Position numbers and translations under genes: made by a program. The notes below the pieces were generated by a model. It was given only the letters and a program-made list of their open reading frames with translations. It did not search any database and was not told the DNA's origin. Shown here in pieces: positions 1-8,239 of a stretch of DNA of 64,000 nt (within the stretch, counting starts at the first letter, position 1; every line of letters begins with the position of its first letter). This DNA is from Dehalococcoidia bacterium (GTDB lineage: Bacteria > Chloroflexota > Dehalococcoidia > Bin125): positions 1,600,001-1,664,000 of the forward strand of contig OY820591.1 in NCBI GenBank assembly GCA_963555985.3, read 5' to 3'.

Positions 1-2
1 CC

Positions 3-2330
3 GCCGGCATCCTCTTGATCTTCCTCATCTTCGCCATGCTGGCCGAAGAGCGGAAACCGGAGATGGGCATCGCGCGCGCCGTAGGCATGCAGCGCAACGA
101 TCTGATCCAGATGTTCATCTCCGAAGGCATGGTCTACAACATGGGCGCGGCCGTCGTTGGTGTGGTGCTGGGCTTGCTCTTCGCCATCGGGCTGATCGCG
201 GCCCTCAACCAGGGCTTCGAGAGCTTCGGCTTCCAGTTCACTTGGTCCGTCACGATCAAGAGCCTCGTCATCTCGGCCGGAATCGGCGTCGTGATCACCT
301 TCATCACCGTCGTGTTCTCCAGCTTCCGCGCAGCGCGGCTGAACATCGTCGCGGCGATTCGCGATATCCCGGAGTCGCAGTACGAGGAGACCTATCCGCT
401 CACGCCGTGGCGGGTGCTCAGGAACGTGCTCGGCGTCTTCACCACCGCCATCGGGCTGGTGTTGCTGCTGACGACTCCGATCACCCTCATCCTCGGCGCG
501 CCGATCGCGTTCGTCTTGAACCTGATCGGCAGCCGCTGGGCCCGACGCTTGATCCCCTGGGTACTGCTCTTCGGCTGGCGAGTCCTGCGCTGGAATCCAC
601 AGTGGTGGATCGTTTTCATTGTCGGCGGACTGTACTTGCTCGATCTGGGTCTCAATCAAGAGAGCTTCTTCCCCTACATGACCGGCGTCTCCTTGGTCCC
701 GCTCGGCGTCGTGATGGGACTGAACAAGCTCCGACTCGGCGGGCGGCGCATTCCTCAGCGCCTGCTCTACACCCTCGGCGCCGGCTTCGTCATGTTCCTC
801 TGGTTTATCCCCAACGACTGGCACGAGGGCTTCTTCGACAACAACCTCAACGGTGGACCCGAACTCTTCGTCCTCGCAGGCACGATGCTCACCGCCGCCG
901 GCACGCTGCTGTTGATCTTCAACCTCGATCTGATCGTCGGCGGCATCCGCAACGCCGTCGGCGGCATCGGACGTCTCGCGCCGGTCATTCGCACCGCCGC
1001 CGCCTATCCCGCCGCCGCCCGATACCGCACGGGGATGACGATTGCCATGATCGCCCTGATCACCTTCGCGCTGGTCAATTTCAGCACGATCAACGCCTCG
1101 TTCAGCAAGGCCTTCTCGGGTACCGACACGGCCGGCGGGTTCGAGGTGCTCGCCTTCAACACGCCGGTCAACGCAGTTAGCGACATCCGCGCCGGACTCG
1201 ATGCTGCCGGCGCGGGCGATGTCCTCGACGACATCGAGAACGCCGGACTTGTCGAGGCCGGCCCCCAGCGCGGTACGCGAGCGGTCACCGTCCTCACCGA
1301 GCGCTGGGACGCGGTCGCGGAGCGCCACATCCTCGACCGGGACGGCGACATCCGCCTCGTCGAGACCGATCCGTCCGCAGTCGAGTTGGAAGACCGCGAC
1401 GCCGTGGTGCTCGGCGGCGTCAACGACGAATTCATCGACGGCCAGGAAGTCAAACTCCAGGCCATTTCCTACCGCTACGAGGACGAACGCGCAGTCTGGT
1501 CGGCGCTGCGCAGCGGCGAACCGGTCGCGGTCGCAACCGTTGACGCCATCGACGGCGCGTTCGGCTTTGCTGGCAGTGAACTTGATCCCTGGTCGACTCC
1601 AGACTCCGTAACCGACGAGTCCACGCTCCTGCCGCGCATCGTTGTCGAGGTTGGAATCGGCGAGCGCGCGCGGCAGGTCGAAGTGATCGCGATTCTGGAG
1701 CGGGTGACCGGTGCGTTCGTCGATCTCGACGGCGAAGCCGGTGCGCTGCCGACCCTGCTCGTGCCGATGTCCGTTGCCGCGAGCGTGATCGGCGAGTCGG
1801 AGTCGACGCGACACTACATCGGAGTCAGAGACGGCGCGGACTCACTGGACGTCGCCCAGGGCATCGAGCGCGAGCTGCGCATTTACGCCGTCGACATCAA
1901 GGGCGAACTCGAACGCCAGCAGAGCACGCAGTCGTCGATTCTGGCGCTGTTCCAGGGCTTCATCGGCATCGGCCTAGTCGCCGGCCTGGCCGCGCTCGGT
2001 GTGATTGCGCTGCGCGCCGTCGTCGAACGACGTCAGCAGATCGGCGTCCTCCGCGCGATCGGCTTCCAAGCACGGCTGGTCGGCTTCGAGCTGCTCCTGG
2101 AAATGGGCTTCATCGCCCTCTTGGGTCTCGGTCTGGGCACGGCGCTCGCGCTCGGTCTGGCCTGGCGGCTGTTCGCCGAGGGCACCTTCGGCGAAATCTC
2201 CATGTACATCCCGCTCGGCACTGTTCTACCGATGCTGATCGGCGCATTCGCGGCGTCGCTGATCCTGACATACTTCCCGGCGAGACAAGCCGCCCGAACC
2301 ACGATTGCGGAAGCGCTGCGCTATGAGTAA
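3..2330 (+). CDS. ABC transporter permease, FtsX/MacB family (5' partial)
   Basis: Two FtsX-type motifs (ERKPEMGIARAVG; ERRQQIGVLRAIG), many TM segments, C-terminal PARQAA..IAEALRYE; frame is open from the window edge. Confidence 0.9.
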   Translation, partial: AGILLIFLIFAMLAEERKPEMGIARAVGMQRNDLIQMFISEGMVYNMGAAVVGVVLGLLFAIGLIAALNQGFESFGFQFTWSVTIKSLVISAGIGVVITFITVVFSSFRAARLNIVAAIRDIPESQYEETYPLTPWRVLRNVLGVFTTAIGLVLLLTTPITLILGAPIAFVLNLIGSRWARRLIPWVLLFGWRVLRWNPQWWIVFIVGGLYLLDLGLNQESFFPYMTGVSLVPLGVVMGLNKLRLGGRRIPQRLLYTLGAGFVMFLWFIPNDWHEGFFDNNLNGGPELFVLAGTMLTAAGTLLLIFNLDLIVGGIRNAVGGIGRLAPVIRTAAAYPAAARYRTGMTIAMIALITFALVNFSTINASFSKAFSGTDTAGGFEVLAFNTPVNAVSDIRAGLDAAGAGDVLDDIENAGLVEAGPQRGTRAVTVLTERWDAVAERHILDRDGDIRLVETDPSAVELEDRDAVVLGGVNDEFIDGQEVKLQAISYRYEDERAVWSALRSGEPVAVATVDAIDGAFGFAGSELDPWSTPDSVTDESTLLPRIVVEVGIGERARQVEVIAILERVTGAFVDLDGEAGALPTLLVPMSVAASVIGESESTRHYIGVRDGADSLDVAQGIERELRIYAVDIKGELERQQSTQSSILALFQGFIGIGLVAGLAALGVIALRAVVERRQQIGVLRAIGFQARLVGFELLLEMGFIALLGLGLGTALALGLAWRLFAEGTFGEISMYIPLGTVLPMLIGAFAASLILTYFPARQAARTTIAEALRYE

Positions 2331-3162
2331 CGACCAAATCGAGCTTGAGCTGCTGAGAACGCTCGCCTTCGGCTACGACCGCGACTATCCCCTCAACGCC
2401 AAGACCGAACCGGCCGGCGAGGGTGGCGGCATGACAGTCGAGCGCTTCGAGATCACTTCGCGCTACGAGGAGCGCGTCGCCGGACTGCTGATGCAATCGA
2501 CCGACGCTGACGGCCCTCGACCGCTGATCCTCGTCGGCCACCCGGCCACGCTGGACAAGTCGAGCGACTACGTCCTCTGGCCCGCCGAGCAGTGGGTCGC
2601 CCGAGGCGCGATCTGCGCCATCATCGACCAAGCCGGCCACGGCGAACGCGCCAGACGCCCGGTCGGCATGGAGGATCTCCAGCGCTGGCCCATGCGTCGA
2701 CTCGACCAGTCCCTGCAAACGGTCGTCGACTGGATGCGCACGCTGGACTACCTCTCCGAACGCCCCGAAGTCGACGCCGACCGCGTCGGATTCGTCGGCT
2801 TCTCGATGGGCGGGGTGCGCGGCGCACCCTTTGTCGGACTCGACCAGCGCGTCAAGGCCGCCTCCTTCTGCATCTCCGGCGCCAACGCCCGCTCCAGCCG
2901 AGGCGGCAGCCCCGGCCAGCTGGCAAACCAGCTCACCGACCCCGGAACGTACGCCCCGCTGATGGCCGGACGCGCCATCCAGGTCGTCGCCGGTGAGCAC
3001 GACGACCTGATGACGCCGGAAGCCACCCAACGCTTCTACGATCAACTCTCCGAGCCGCGAGAACTGGTCTGGCTTCCTTGCGGTCACTGGGACTTCATGC
3101 CCCAGGGCATCCAACCCGTCGGCCCCTTCCTCGAGCGGCACCTAGGTTTTGGCGACGGCTAG
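2323..3162 (+). CDS. Alpha/beta hydrolase (dienelactone hydrolase/acetylxylan esterase-like)
   Basis: GFSMG nucleophile elbow, GEHDD acid, C-terminal GH; ATG at 2323 overlaps the end of the upstream gene. Confidence 0.8.
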   Translation: MSNDQIELELLRTLAFGYDRDYPLNAKTEPAGEGGGMTVERFEITSRYEERVAGLLMQSTDADGPRPLILVGHPATLDKSSDYVLWPAEQWVARGAICAIIDQAGHGERARRPVGMEDLQRWPMRRLDQSLQTVVDWMRTLDYLSERPEVDADRVGFVGFSMGGVRGAPFVGLDQRVKAASFCISGANARSSRGGSPGQLANQLTDPGTYAPLMAGRAIQVVAGEHDDLMTPEATQRFYDQLSEPRELVWLPCGHWDFMPQGIQPVGPFLERHLGFGDG

Positions 3163-4403
3163 CTCAGGACGCCGGAAGCGGTGAGTTCGGCGACCTCTTC
3201 GGGCGAGTAGCCCAGCACCTCAGTTGCGACCTCGTATGTGTGCTGACCGAACAGCGGCGCGGGCGACGCGAGGTAGCCCGGCGTGTTGTGCAGCTTGACG
3301 ATCGGGCCGTCGTAGAGCGAAATGTCCGTTTCCGGGTGGTCCAGATACTCGTAGAAGCCTCGTTCGGACAGGTGCTCGTCGTGTTCGCACATGTCCTCAG
3401 CGTCGTGGACGAGCGACGCCGCGACGCCCACCGATTGCAATTGGATCGCCAATGACGCTGCATCGAACGAGGCTGTCCAAGCGGACACTGATTCGTTGAG
3501 TTCGGGTTCATTACGTCGGCGACCGCGCAACGTCGAGAATCGGTCGTCTGAGGCGAAGGCAGAGCCCTCCGCAACTGTGCAGAGTGATTCCCACTGGGCG
3601 TCGCTGCCGACGGCGATGGCGATCCAGCGTTCGCGCCCGGACGGATCGTCGGTGCAGCGATAGATGCCGTGCGGACACATCCAACTCGATTGATTGCCCT
3701 TGCGAATCTGGTTGACGCCGTTCGCCGTGTAGTCCAGCAGCGCCGGACCCATCGTCGCCGAGACCGACTCAATCTGCGCCAGCTCAATCCGCTGCCCTTG
3801 ACCGGTCCGCCGCCGGTGTCGCAGCGCAGCCAGGATGGCAACGATGGTGTGCCCCGGATTGACCGCGTAATCGGGATAGTTGGTCCCGACCCCGACCGGC
3901 CGGCGCTCCGGATCGCCGGACAGATGCGAGATGGCGGTCGTCGGCGTCAGCACTGCGCCGAAACCGAGGAAATCTCGGTGCGGACCAGTGAGACCCTGCA
4001 TCGGCTGGTAGGCGGCGATGATGTCCGGCTTGACTTCGCGCAGTTCGTCATATGTCAGTCCCCAGCGCTCGAAGATGCGCGGGGTGAGGTTGGAGAGGAA
4101 GATGTCCGACCGCTCGATCAGTCGGAGCGCCACCTCACGCGAACCCTCGGCCGACATGTTGAGCAGGAACGAGCGCTTGTCGGCGTTGAAGTTGTTGAAG
4201 TACGCGCAGACGTTGTAGCCCGACTTGCCCGGCTTCTGCGGCTGGCCCAGGCGCAGACCGTCGACGCGGGCCTCTGACTCGATCCGGATCACATCGGCGC
4301 CGAAGTCTGCGAGCGTGCGCCCGGCGATCGGCCCGGCCCCGAACCACGAGAAGTCAGCCACGCGAATGCCGTCCAGCGGTCGTGCGCCATTTGCGGATGT
4401 CAT
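3159..4403 (-). CDS. Class III CoA-transferase (CaiB/BaiF family)
   Basis: PLDGIRVADFS, LADFGADVIRIE, NADKRS, catalytic-position Asp in GTNYPDY, APLFGQHT. Confidence 0.92.
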   Translation of the reverse strand: MTSANGARPLDGIRVADFSWFGAGPIAGRTLADFGADVIRIESEARVDGLRLGQPQKPGKSGYNVCAYFNNFNADKRSFLLNMSAEGSREVALRLIERSDIFLSNLTPRIFERWGLTYDELREVKPDIIAAYQPMQGLTGPHRDFLGFGAVLTPTTAISHLSGDPERRPVGVGTNYPDYAVNPGHTIVAILAALRHRRRTGQGQRIELAQIESVSATMGPALLDYTANGVNQIRKGNQSSWMCPHGIYRCTDDPSGRERWIAIAVGSDAQWESLCTVAEGSAFASDDRFSTLRGRRRNEPELNESVSAWTASFDAASLAIQLQSVGVAASLVHDAEDMCEHDEHLSERGFYEYLDHPETDISLYDGPIVKLHNTPGYLASPAPLFGQHTYEVATEVLGYSPEEVAELTASGVLS

Positions 4404-5683
4404 ATCGCGCCCTCCCCGGCGAATGCGATCAGGTCCTCAGCAGGAATGCCGACCTCGCCGGCCCAGACTTCCTGGTTGTGCTCGCCGATCTGCGGGGCCG
4501 GCCAGCGAATGCCGGTCGGCGTCTCCGACAACCGATAGGGCGGACCGGGGAAGCGCAACGGCGCGTCATCGGCTCCGAGTGTGGTCGGCTGGTTGAACTC
4601 GAGCCACCACTGGCGAGCGTCGAGATGGCGGCTATCGCCCAGATCAGCCGGCGTTGCCACCTGTCCGATCAGCAGTCGGCGGGCCTGACCCTGCTCGTAG
4701 AGTTCCATCGAGGTCTTGGCGGCATAGAAGTTGGTCAGCACTTCCTGCGCCCGATTCATGATCGGCGCGAGTTGCTCCAGTTCCTCGGGGACCATCAGCA
4801 TCCGCATATTGAAGTTGCCGAAGGTGTCCACGTAGATCGGATCGGTCAGGTCTTCCGCCTGGCCTTCCTCGTCCATCCAAGCGATCAACGCGGACCAGGG
4901 CGCGCCGAATCCGGGAACGCCGACCATCGAGAAGATGTAGCCGTCTAGGGTCCGGTACGTTCCGATGCCGGGCATCCGGTGCTGCTCGCCGATCCGCTCG
5001 CGCGACGTGCCCTGGAAGTCCCATTGCAGATGAGCGGTCTCCTGGCAGATTGAAAGCGCCTCCTGCATCGAGGTTTCGACGCGCTGGCCGACGCCCGTGG
5101 CCTCGGCCTGTAACAGCGCCAGCAGCGCGCCCTGCGCCGCCGAGATGCCGGCGACGATGTAGGCCTGATTACCCGCGATCCGCATCGGCGAGCCGTCGGG
5201 GTAGCCGGCGAGCGTGGCGATCCCGGCCGCCGCCTGCGCCACGATGTCGGTCACCTCCCAGCCTGCCTTGAGACCGTCCAGACCGAACCCCGTGATCGAG
5301 ACCCAAATCAACGAAGGCCGCGCCTCCATGTATGTCTCCGGATCAATCCCAAGCTCGGCCAACTCCGACCGCTCAGCCCCCGTCCACGACTCGATCACGA
5401 TGTCCGCCGTCTCAACCAGCCTGCCGAACAGCCAGCGACCGTCGTACTGCCCTAGGTCAACAGTGACCGAGCGCTTGTTGGCGTTGAAGTACCAGAAGCG
5501 CAGCGAAGTCTCGCGCCCCGGCTGACCTTGCCAGAAGGGCGCACGCGCACGCGCCGGGTCGCCGCCGACCGGCTCCACCTTGATCACGTCCGCCCCGAGG
5601 TCGGCCAGCAGCTTGCCGCAATACCAGCCCATCTCGGAGGTGAGGTCGAGAATGCGGACGCCGTCGAGCGCTGCCTGGTTCAT
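4400..5683 (-). CDS. Class III CoA-transferase (CaiB/BaiF family), second subunit
   Basis: ALDGVRILDLT, LADLGADVIKVEP, NANKRSV, APQIGEHN; start moved to the ATG at 5683 (MNQAALDG). Confidence 0.9.
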   Translation of the reverse strand: MNQAALDGVRILDLTSEMGWYCGKLLADLGADVIKVEPVGGDPARARAPFWQGQPGRETSLRFWYFNANKRSVTVDLGQYDGRWLFGRLVETADIVIESWTGAERSELAELGIDPETYMEARPSLIWVSITGFGLDGLKAGWEVTDIVAQAAAGIATLAGYPDGSPMRIAGNQAYIVAGISAAQGALLALLQAEATGVGQRVETSMQEALSICQETAHLQWDFQGTSRERIGEQHRMPGIGTYRTLDGYIFSMVGVPGFGAPWSALIAWMDEEGQAEDLTDPIYVDTFGNFNMRMLMVPEELEQLAPIMNRAQEVLTNFYAAKTSMELYEQGQARRLLIGQVATPADLGDSRHLDARQWWLEFNQPTTLGADDAPLRFPGPPYRLSETPTGIRWPAPQIGEHNQEVWAGEVGIPAEDLIAFAGEGAI

Positions 5684-5719
5684 GCGCAACAGCCTATCGT
5701 GTGTCTGAGGAGGCCGATC

Positions 5720-6076
5720 ATGGTGCTCGAAGACGTAGACAGCCAGTCGGAGGCCGCCCGCGCGGTCACGCCGATGTCGGAGATTCGGCGTCGAAAGTCG
5801 ATCACGCTTGACGAGTTTGATCGCCGCTATCCGGACCATGAGTGGACTGAAGGCCGCAAGGGGATCCTGTTGCAGGACCACCATGGCGGTCTCTGGGTGC
5901 CATTGGTCGACCCACTACACGGGCTGTACTACGAGTTCGATGATCCTGAGTTGACGCCGGAGATCGAGGAGGCGTTGGCCGAGGAGGCACGGAGGGCTCG
6001 CGAGGAGATTCTCGCTGGCGGTGGCATTGATTTTCGCGAGTTGGACGAAGACGAGTCCTTCTGGGCTGACGAGTAG
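5720..6076 (+). CDS. Putative antitoxin (acidic C-terminus), 118 aa
   Basis: GAGGAGG RBS before ATG 5720; very acidic tail ending REEILAGGGIDFRELDEDESFWADE; ends 6 nt upstream of a RelE-type toxin. Confidence 0.6.
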   Translation: MVLEDVDSQSEAARAVTPMSEIRRRKSITLDEFDRRYPDHEWTEGRKGILLQDHHGGLWVPLVDPLHGLYYEFDDPELTPEIEEALAEEARRAREEILAGGGIDFRELDEDESFWADE

Positions 6077-6082
6077 CGGTAA

Positions 6083-6346
6083 GTGCAACTCAAGGTCACC
6101 CTCAAGGAAGAAGCGAGGGCACAACTGCGTGTGTTGACTCCGGTACCGAAACGCGAAGTGCGAAGCACGCTGCGGGAGATGGAAGACGACCCGTACGGGC
6201 TGGACACGATTCCGCTGCAGCCGCCTTTAGATGGACTGTACCGAGTCCGCGTGGGCGACTACCGCATCATCTTCGAGCCTGGGCCTGGGCATCGGCAGGT
6301 CACGGTCACGCGGATCGGTCACCGCGATTGGGTGTATGAGGACTGA
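6083..6346 (+). CDS. RelE/ParE family type II toxin
   Basis: 87 aa; GLYRVRVGDYRIIF and VTRIGHRDWVYE motifs typical of RelE/StbE. Confidence 0.88.
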   Translation: MQLKVTLKEEARAQLRVLTPVPKREVRSTLREMEDDPYGLDTIPLQPPLDGLYRVRVGDYRIIFEPGPGHRQVTVTRIGHRDWVYED

Positions 6347-6511
6347 GGTTGTTCAGCGAAGAATTTTTTCTGGGCCTTTGGATGGGGTGCTTCGGCGACG
6401 ATCTCCTGTGTTTTACGGGGTTTTGTGCGATTTGGGATGGTCAGGATTGGTTAGGTTTGGTTGGCCCTGTTCAGTCGAGTTCAGTGTCGCTGAATCGTGG
6501 TCAAGTGTTGA

Positions 6512-6535
6512 GCGCGGCGGCCGAAACCGCCGCGC
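6512..6535 (-). terminator. 9-bp GC stem-loop (UUCG loop on minus strand) closing the pentamer array
   Basis: Minus strand GCGCGGCGG-TTTCGG-CCGCCGCGC; no clear U-tract, so it may be a 3' handle rather than an intrinsic terminator. Confidence 0.6.
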
Positions 6536-6608
6536 CCGTCCTTGCCCAACCCCGCCCTACCCTGCCGTGCCTGGCCACGCCATACCCAGCCGAGCCAAGC
6601 CTTGCCCT
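6534..6608 (-). ncRNA. Phased GGY-NN pentamer array (15 units); candidate guide RNA of a VIPR-like system
   Basis: Minus strand: AG GGC AA GGC TT GGC TC GGC TG GGT AT GGC GT GGC CA GGC AC GGC AG GGT AG GGC GG GGT TG GGC AA GGA CG GGC; first GGC lies 9 nt after the stop of the RAMP-like gene. Confidence 0.8.
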
Positions 6609-6615
6609 GAGATTG

Positions 6616-7215
6616 TCAGCTTATCTCATCGACCGCCAACACCTCAAACCTGCCGTAATGGCCACTCTTCTCGGGCCGCCAGTCGCCGAGTCCGATCCTG
6701 CGCGAGCCGATGTCCAGCCACGTTTCCAGTTGTTCCTGGTCGACGAGTTCATCATCGACCTCAATACGAAAGCGCGCTTCCCACTCTTCGAACATGGCGC
6801 GCGTGCGCAGGACGCGGTTGCGCTGCACGACAACTCCAGTGGTGAACTGCGCCTTCTTGCCGAGCTGCTCGACCGTCGTGCCGTAACGCTCGCGGTCGTA
6901 TTCGAACTTGGCGTCGCCGAGCACGATCAGGCCCTCGCGTACCTGCGGACCCTGCGTGAGTTTGCGAGCGGAGGTTTCGATCATAGATCGGAACGCCGTT
7001 CTCGGGATTGTCGGCGCTCCGCCCGCGTCGAGCCAAAGAGAGATTTGGCACTCGAGCTCGCGGAGTCGTTCTTCGTCGCTGGCGGTCCTGTTGGATCCCT
7101 TCTTGCGGGTGATTTCCGCCTTCTCGAGATTAGCAGGGCTGCGGGTGTCGAGTCCGGCCGCGCCGTTGTGCATGATGATCGGGCTGATGCCTCGGATGTG
7201 GATGTCGTACTCCAT
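6616..7215 (-). CDS. Orphan Cas7/RAMP-like RNA-binding protein (Vipr-like), 199 aa
   Basis: IHIRGISPIIMHN first strand, TIPRTAFRSMI helix, RTRAMFEEW, Gly-rich C-terminal loop IGLGDWRPEKSGHYGRFEV; RBS AGGAAGGA before ATG 7215. Confidence 0.78.
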   Translation of the reverse strand: MEYDIHIRGISPIIMHNGAAGLDTRSPANLEKAEITRKKGSNRTASDEERLRELECQISLWLDAGGAPTIPRTAFRSMIETSARKLTQGPQVREGLIVLGDAKFEYDRERYGTTVEQLGKKAQFTTGVVVQRNRVLRTRAMFEEWEARFRIEVDDELVDQEQLETWLDIGSRRIGLGDWRPEKSGHYGRFEVLAVDEIS

Positions 7216-7499
7216 GCCTGTCCGATTCCTTCCTCTACGGCTGCCAGGAGCGTGTAGATGTCGCCGCCGTTTCGGGTGAAGCGGCGGAGCGTGGTCGCAA
7301 TCTTGTGGCAAGGCCGGCAGAGCGCGGTGATGTGGTCGGCGCTGACGTTGCACTCGCAGGCGTCGGGTAGGTAGACGGCGAGCCAGTGGTGGCCTTCCTC
7401 AGCGGGGCGCTGTCCGCAGAACTGACAGACGCCGTTGGAGCGCTCGCGAGCGTCCTCTTTCGCCTTGCGGGTGTTGGGTCCGTCGGTGTTGTTGCACAT
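6981..7499 (-). CDS. HNH-like zinc-binding endonuclease
   Basis: ERSNGVCQFCG...EEGHHW...DHITALCRPCH; the domain occupies about the first 95 aa and the low-complexity tail overlaps the RAMP-like gene. Confidence 0.65.
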   Translation of the reverse strand: MCNNTDGPNTRKAKEDARERSNGVCQFCGQRPAEEGHHWLAVYLPDACECNVSADHITALCRPCHKIATTLRRFTRNGGDIYTLLAAVEEGIGQAWSTTSTSEASARSSCTTARPDSTPAALLISRRRKSPARRDPTGPPATKNDSASSSAKSLFGSTRAERRQSRERRSDL

Positions 7500-7570
7500 C
7501 GGTGGTTCTTTCGACCTTATGAGCGATGTTAGCTGGGATTGGTCGTGGAGACAAGGGTGGACTCTTTGAA

Positions 7571-7702
7571 TTCCCTCTCCCCCTGCGAGGGGAGACACAG
7601 AGGGGGGCGATCATCGCGTCGAGCAGATAGGTGACTCAGTGCGCAGCGCGGCGTTCTCACCCCCTCTGTCACTTCGTGACATCTCCCCCTTGAGGGGGAG
7701 AT
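7571..7702. repeat. REP-like palindromic repeat, copy 1 (about 130 bp)
   Basis: ctctccccc..ggggaga hairpin, acagagggggg / ccccctctgt inverted pair, gtcacttcgtgac and atctccccct-tg-agggggagat palindromes. Confidence 0.85.
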
Positions 7703-7715
7703 CGGGACGGCTCGG

Positions 7716-7847
7716 TTCCCTCTCCCCCCGCAGGGGGGAGATACAGAGGGGGGCGATCGTGGCGTCGAGCAGACAGGTGATTCGGTGAGTTGCGCGACGT
7801 CTCACCCCCTCTGTCACTTTGTGACATCTCCCCCTCGAGGGGGAGAT
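7716..7847. repeat. REP-like palindromic repeat, copy 2
   Basis: Direct repeat of 7571-7702 with the same nested palindromes. Confidence 0.85.
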
Positions 7848-8221
7848 TGGCTTTGCTCATGTTGTAGCTGGTTGAGGGTGTTGAGGATGGTGTCCAGCAC
7901 CGCGTCGGTCTCTGTGAGGGCTGTGTGGTTGTCGAAGCGCAGGACTTTGAAGCCTTGGGAGCGCAGATAGGCATCTCGACGCTGGTCGTAGGATTTGCGC
8001 TTGGCGTGCTGATCGCCGTCGAGTTCGACGACGAGGCGCGGGCTCAGGCAAGCGAAGTCGGCGATGTATGGGCCGATTGGGCGCTGACGGCGAAATCGGT
8101 AGCCTGCGAGTTGGCTTTGGCGGAGGCGCGACCAGAGCCGCTGCTCAGCGTCGGTGGCGTCCGTTCGCAACCTTCGGGCGAAGTGAGTGGTCTTGGGATG
8201 CTGTCGGAGTCTTTTGCTCAA
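7814..8221 (-). CDS. DUF559 / Vsr-like endonuclease domain protein
   Basis: ARRLR..TDAEQRLWSRLR, FRRQRPIGPYIADF, LVVELDGDQH, DQRRDAYL..GFKVLRFDN; probable TTG start at 8221 after AAGGA. Confidence 0.9.
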   Translation of the reverse strand: MSKRLRQHPKTTHFARRLRTDATDAEQRLWSRLRQSQLAGYRFRRQRPIGPYIADFACLSPRLVVELDGDQHAKRKSYDQRRDAYLRSQGFKVLRFDNHTALTETDAVLDTILNTLNQLQHEQSQSPPRGGDVTK

Positions 8222-8239
8222 CTGTGTCGTCCTTGTTTG

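Noticed and set aside
6434-6465. Six period-5 GG units on the plus strand (ggg at ggt ca gga tt ggt ta ggt tt ggt tg) as a second guide array
   Set aside because: Short, opposite strand to the RAMP gene, low NN diversity, no closing hairpin; better explained as a decamer repeat of the dispersed element family. Not fully excluded
6349-7257. 302-aa plus-strand ORF spanning the array
   Set aside because: Antisense shadow of the RAMP-like gene; no motif, and the array translates to low-complexity Pro-rich sequence
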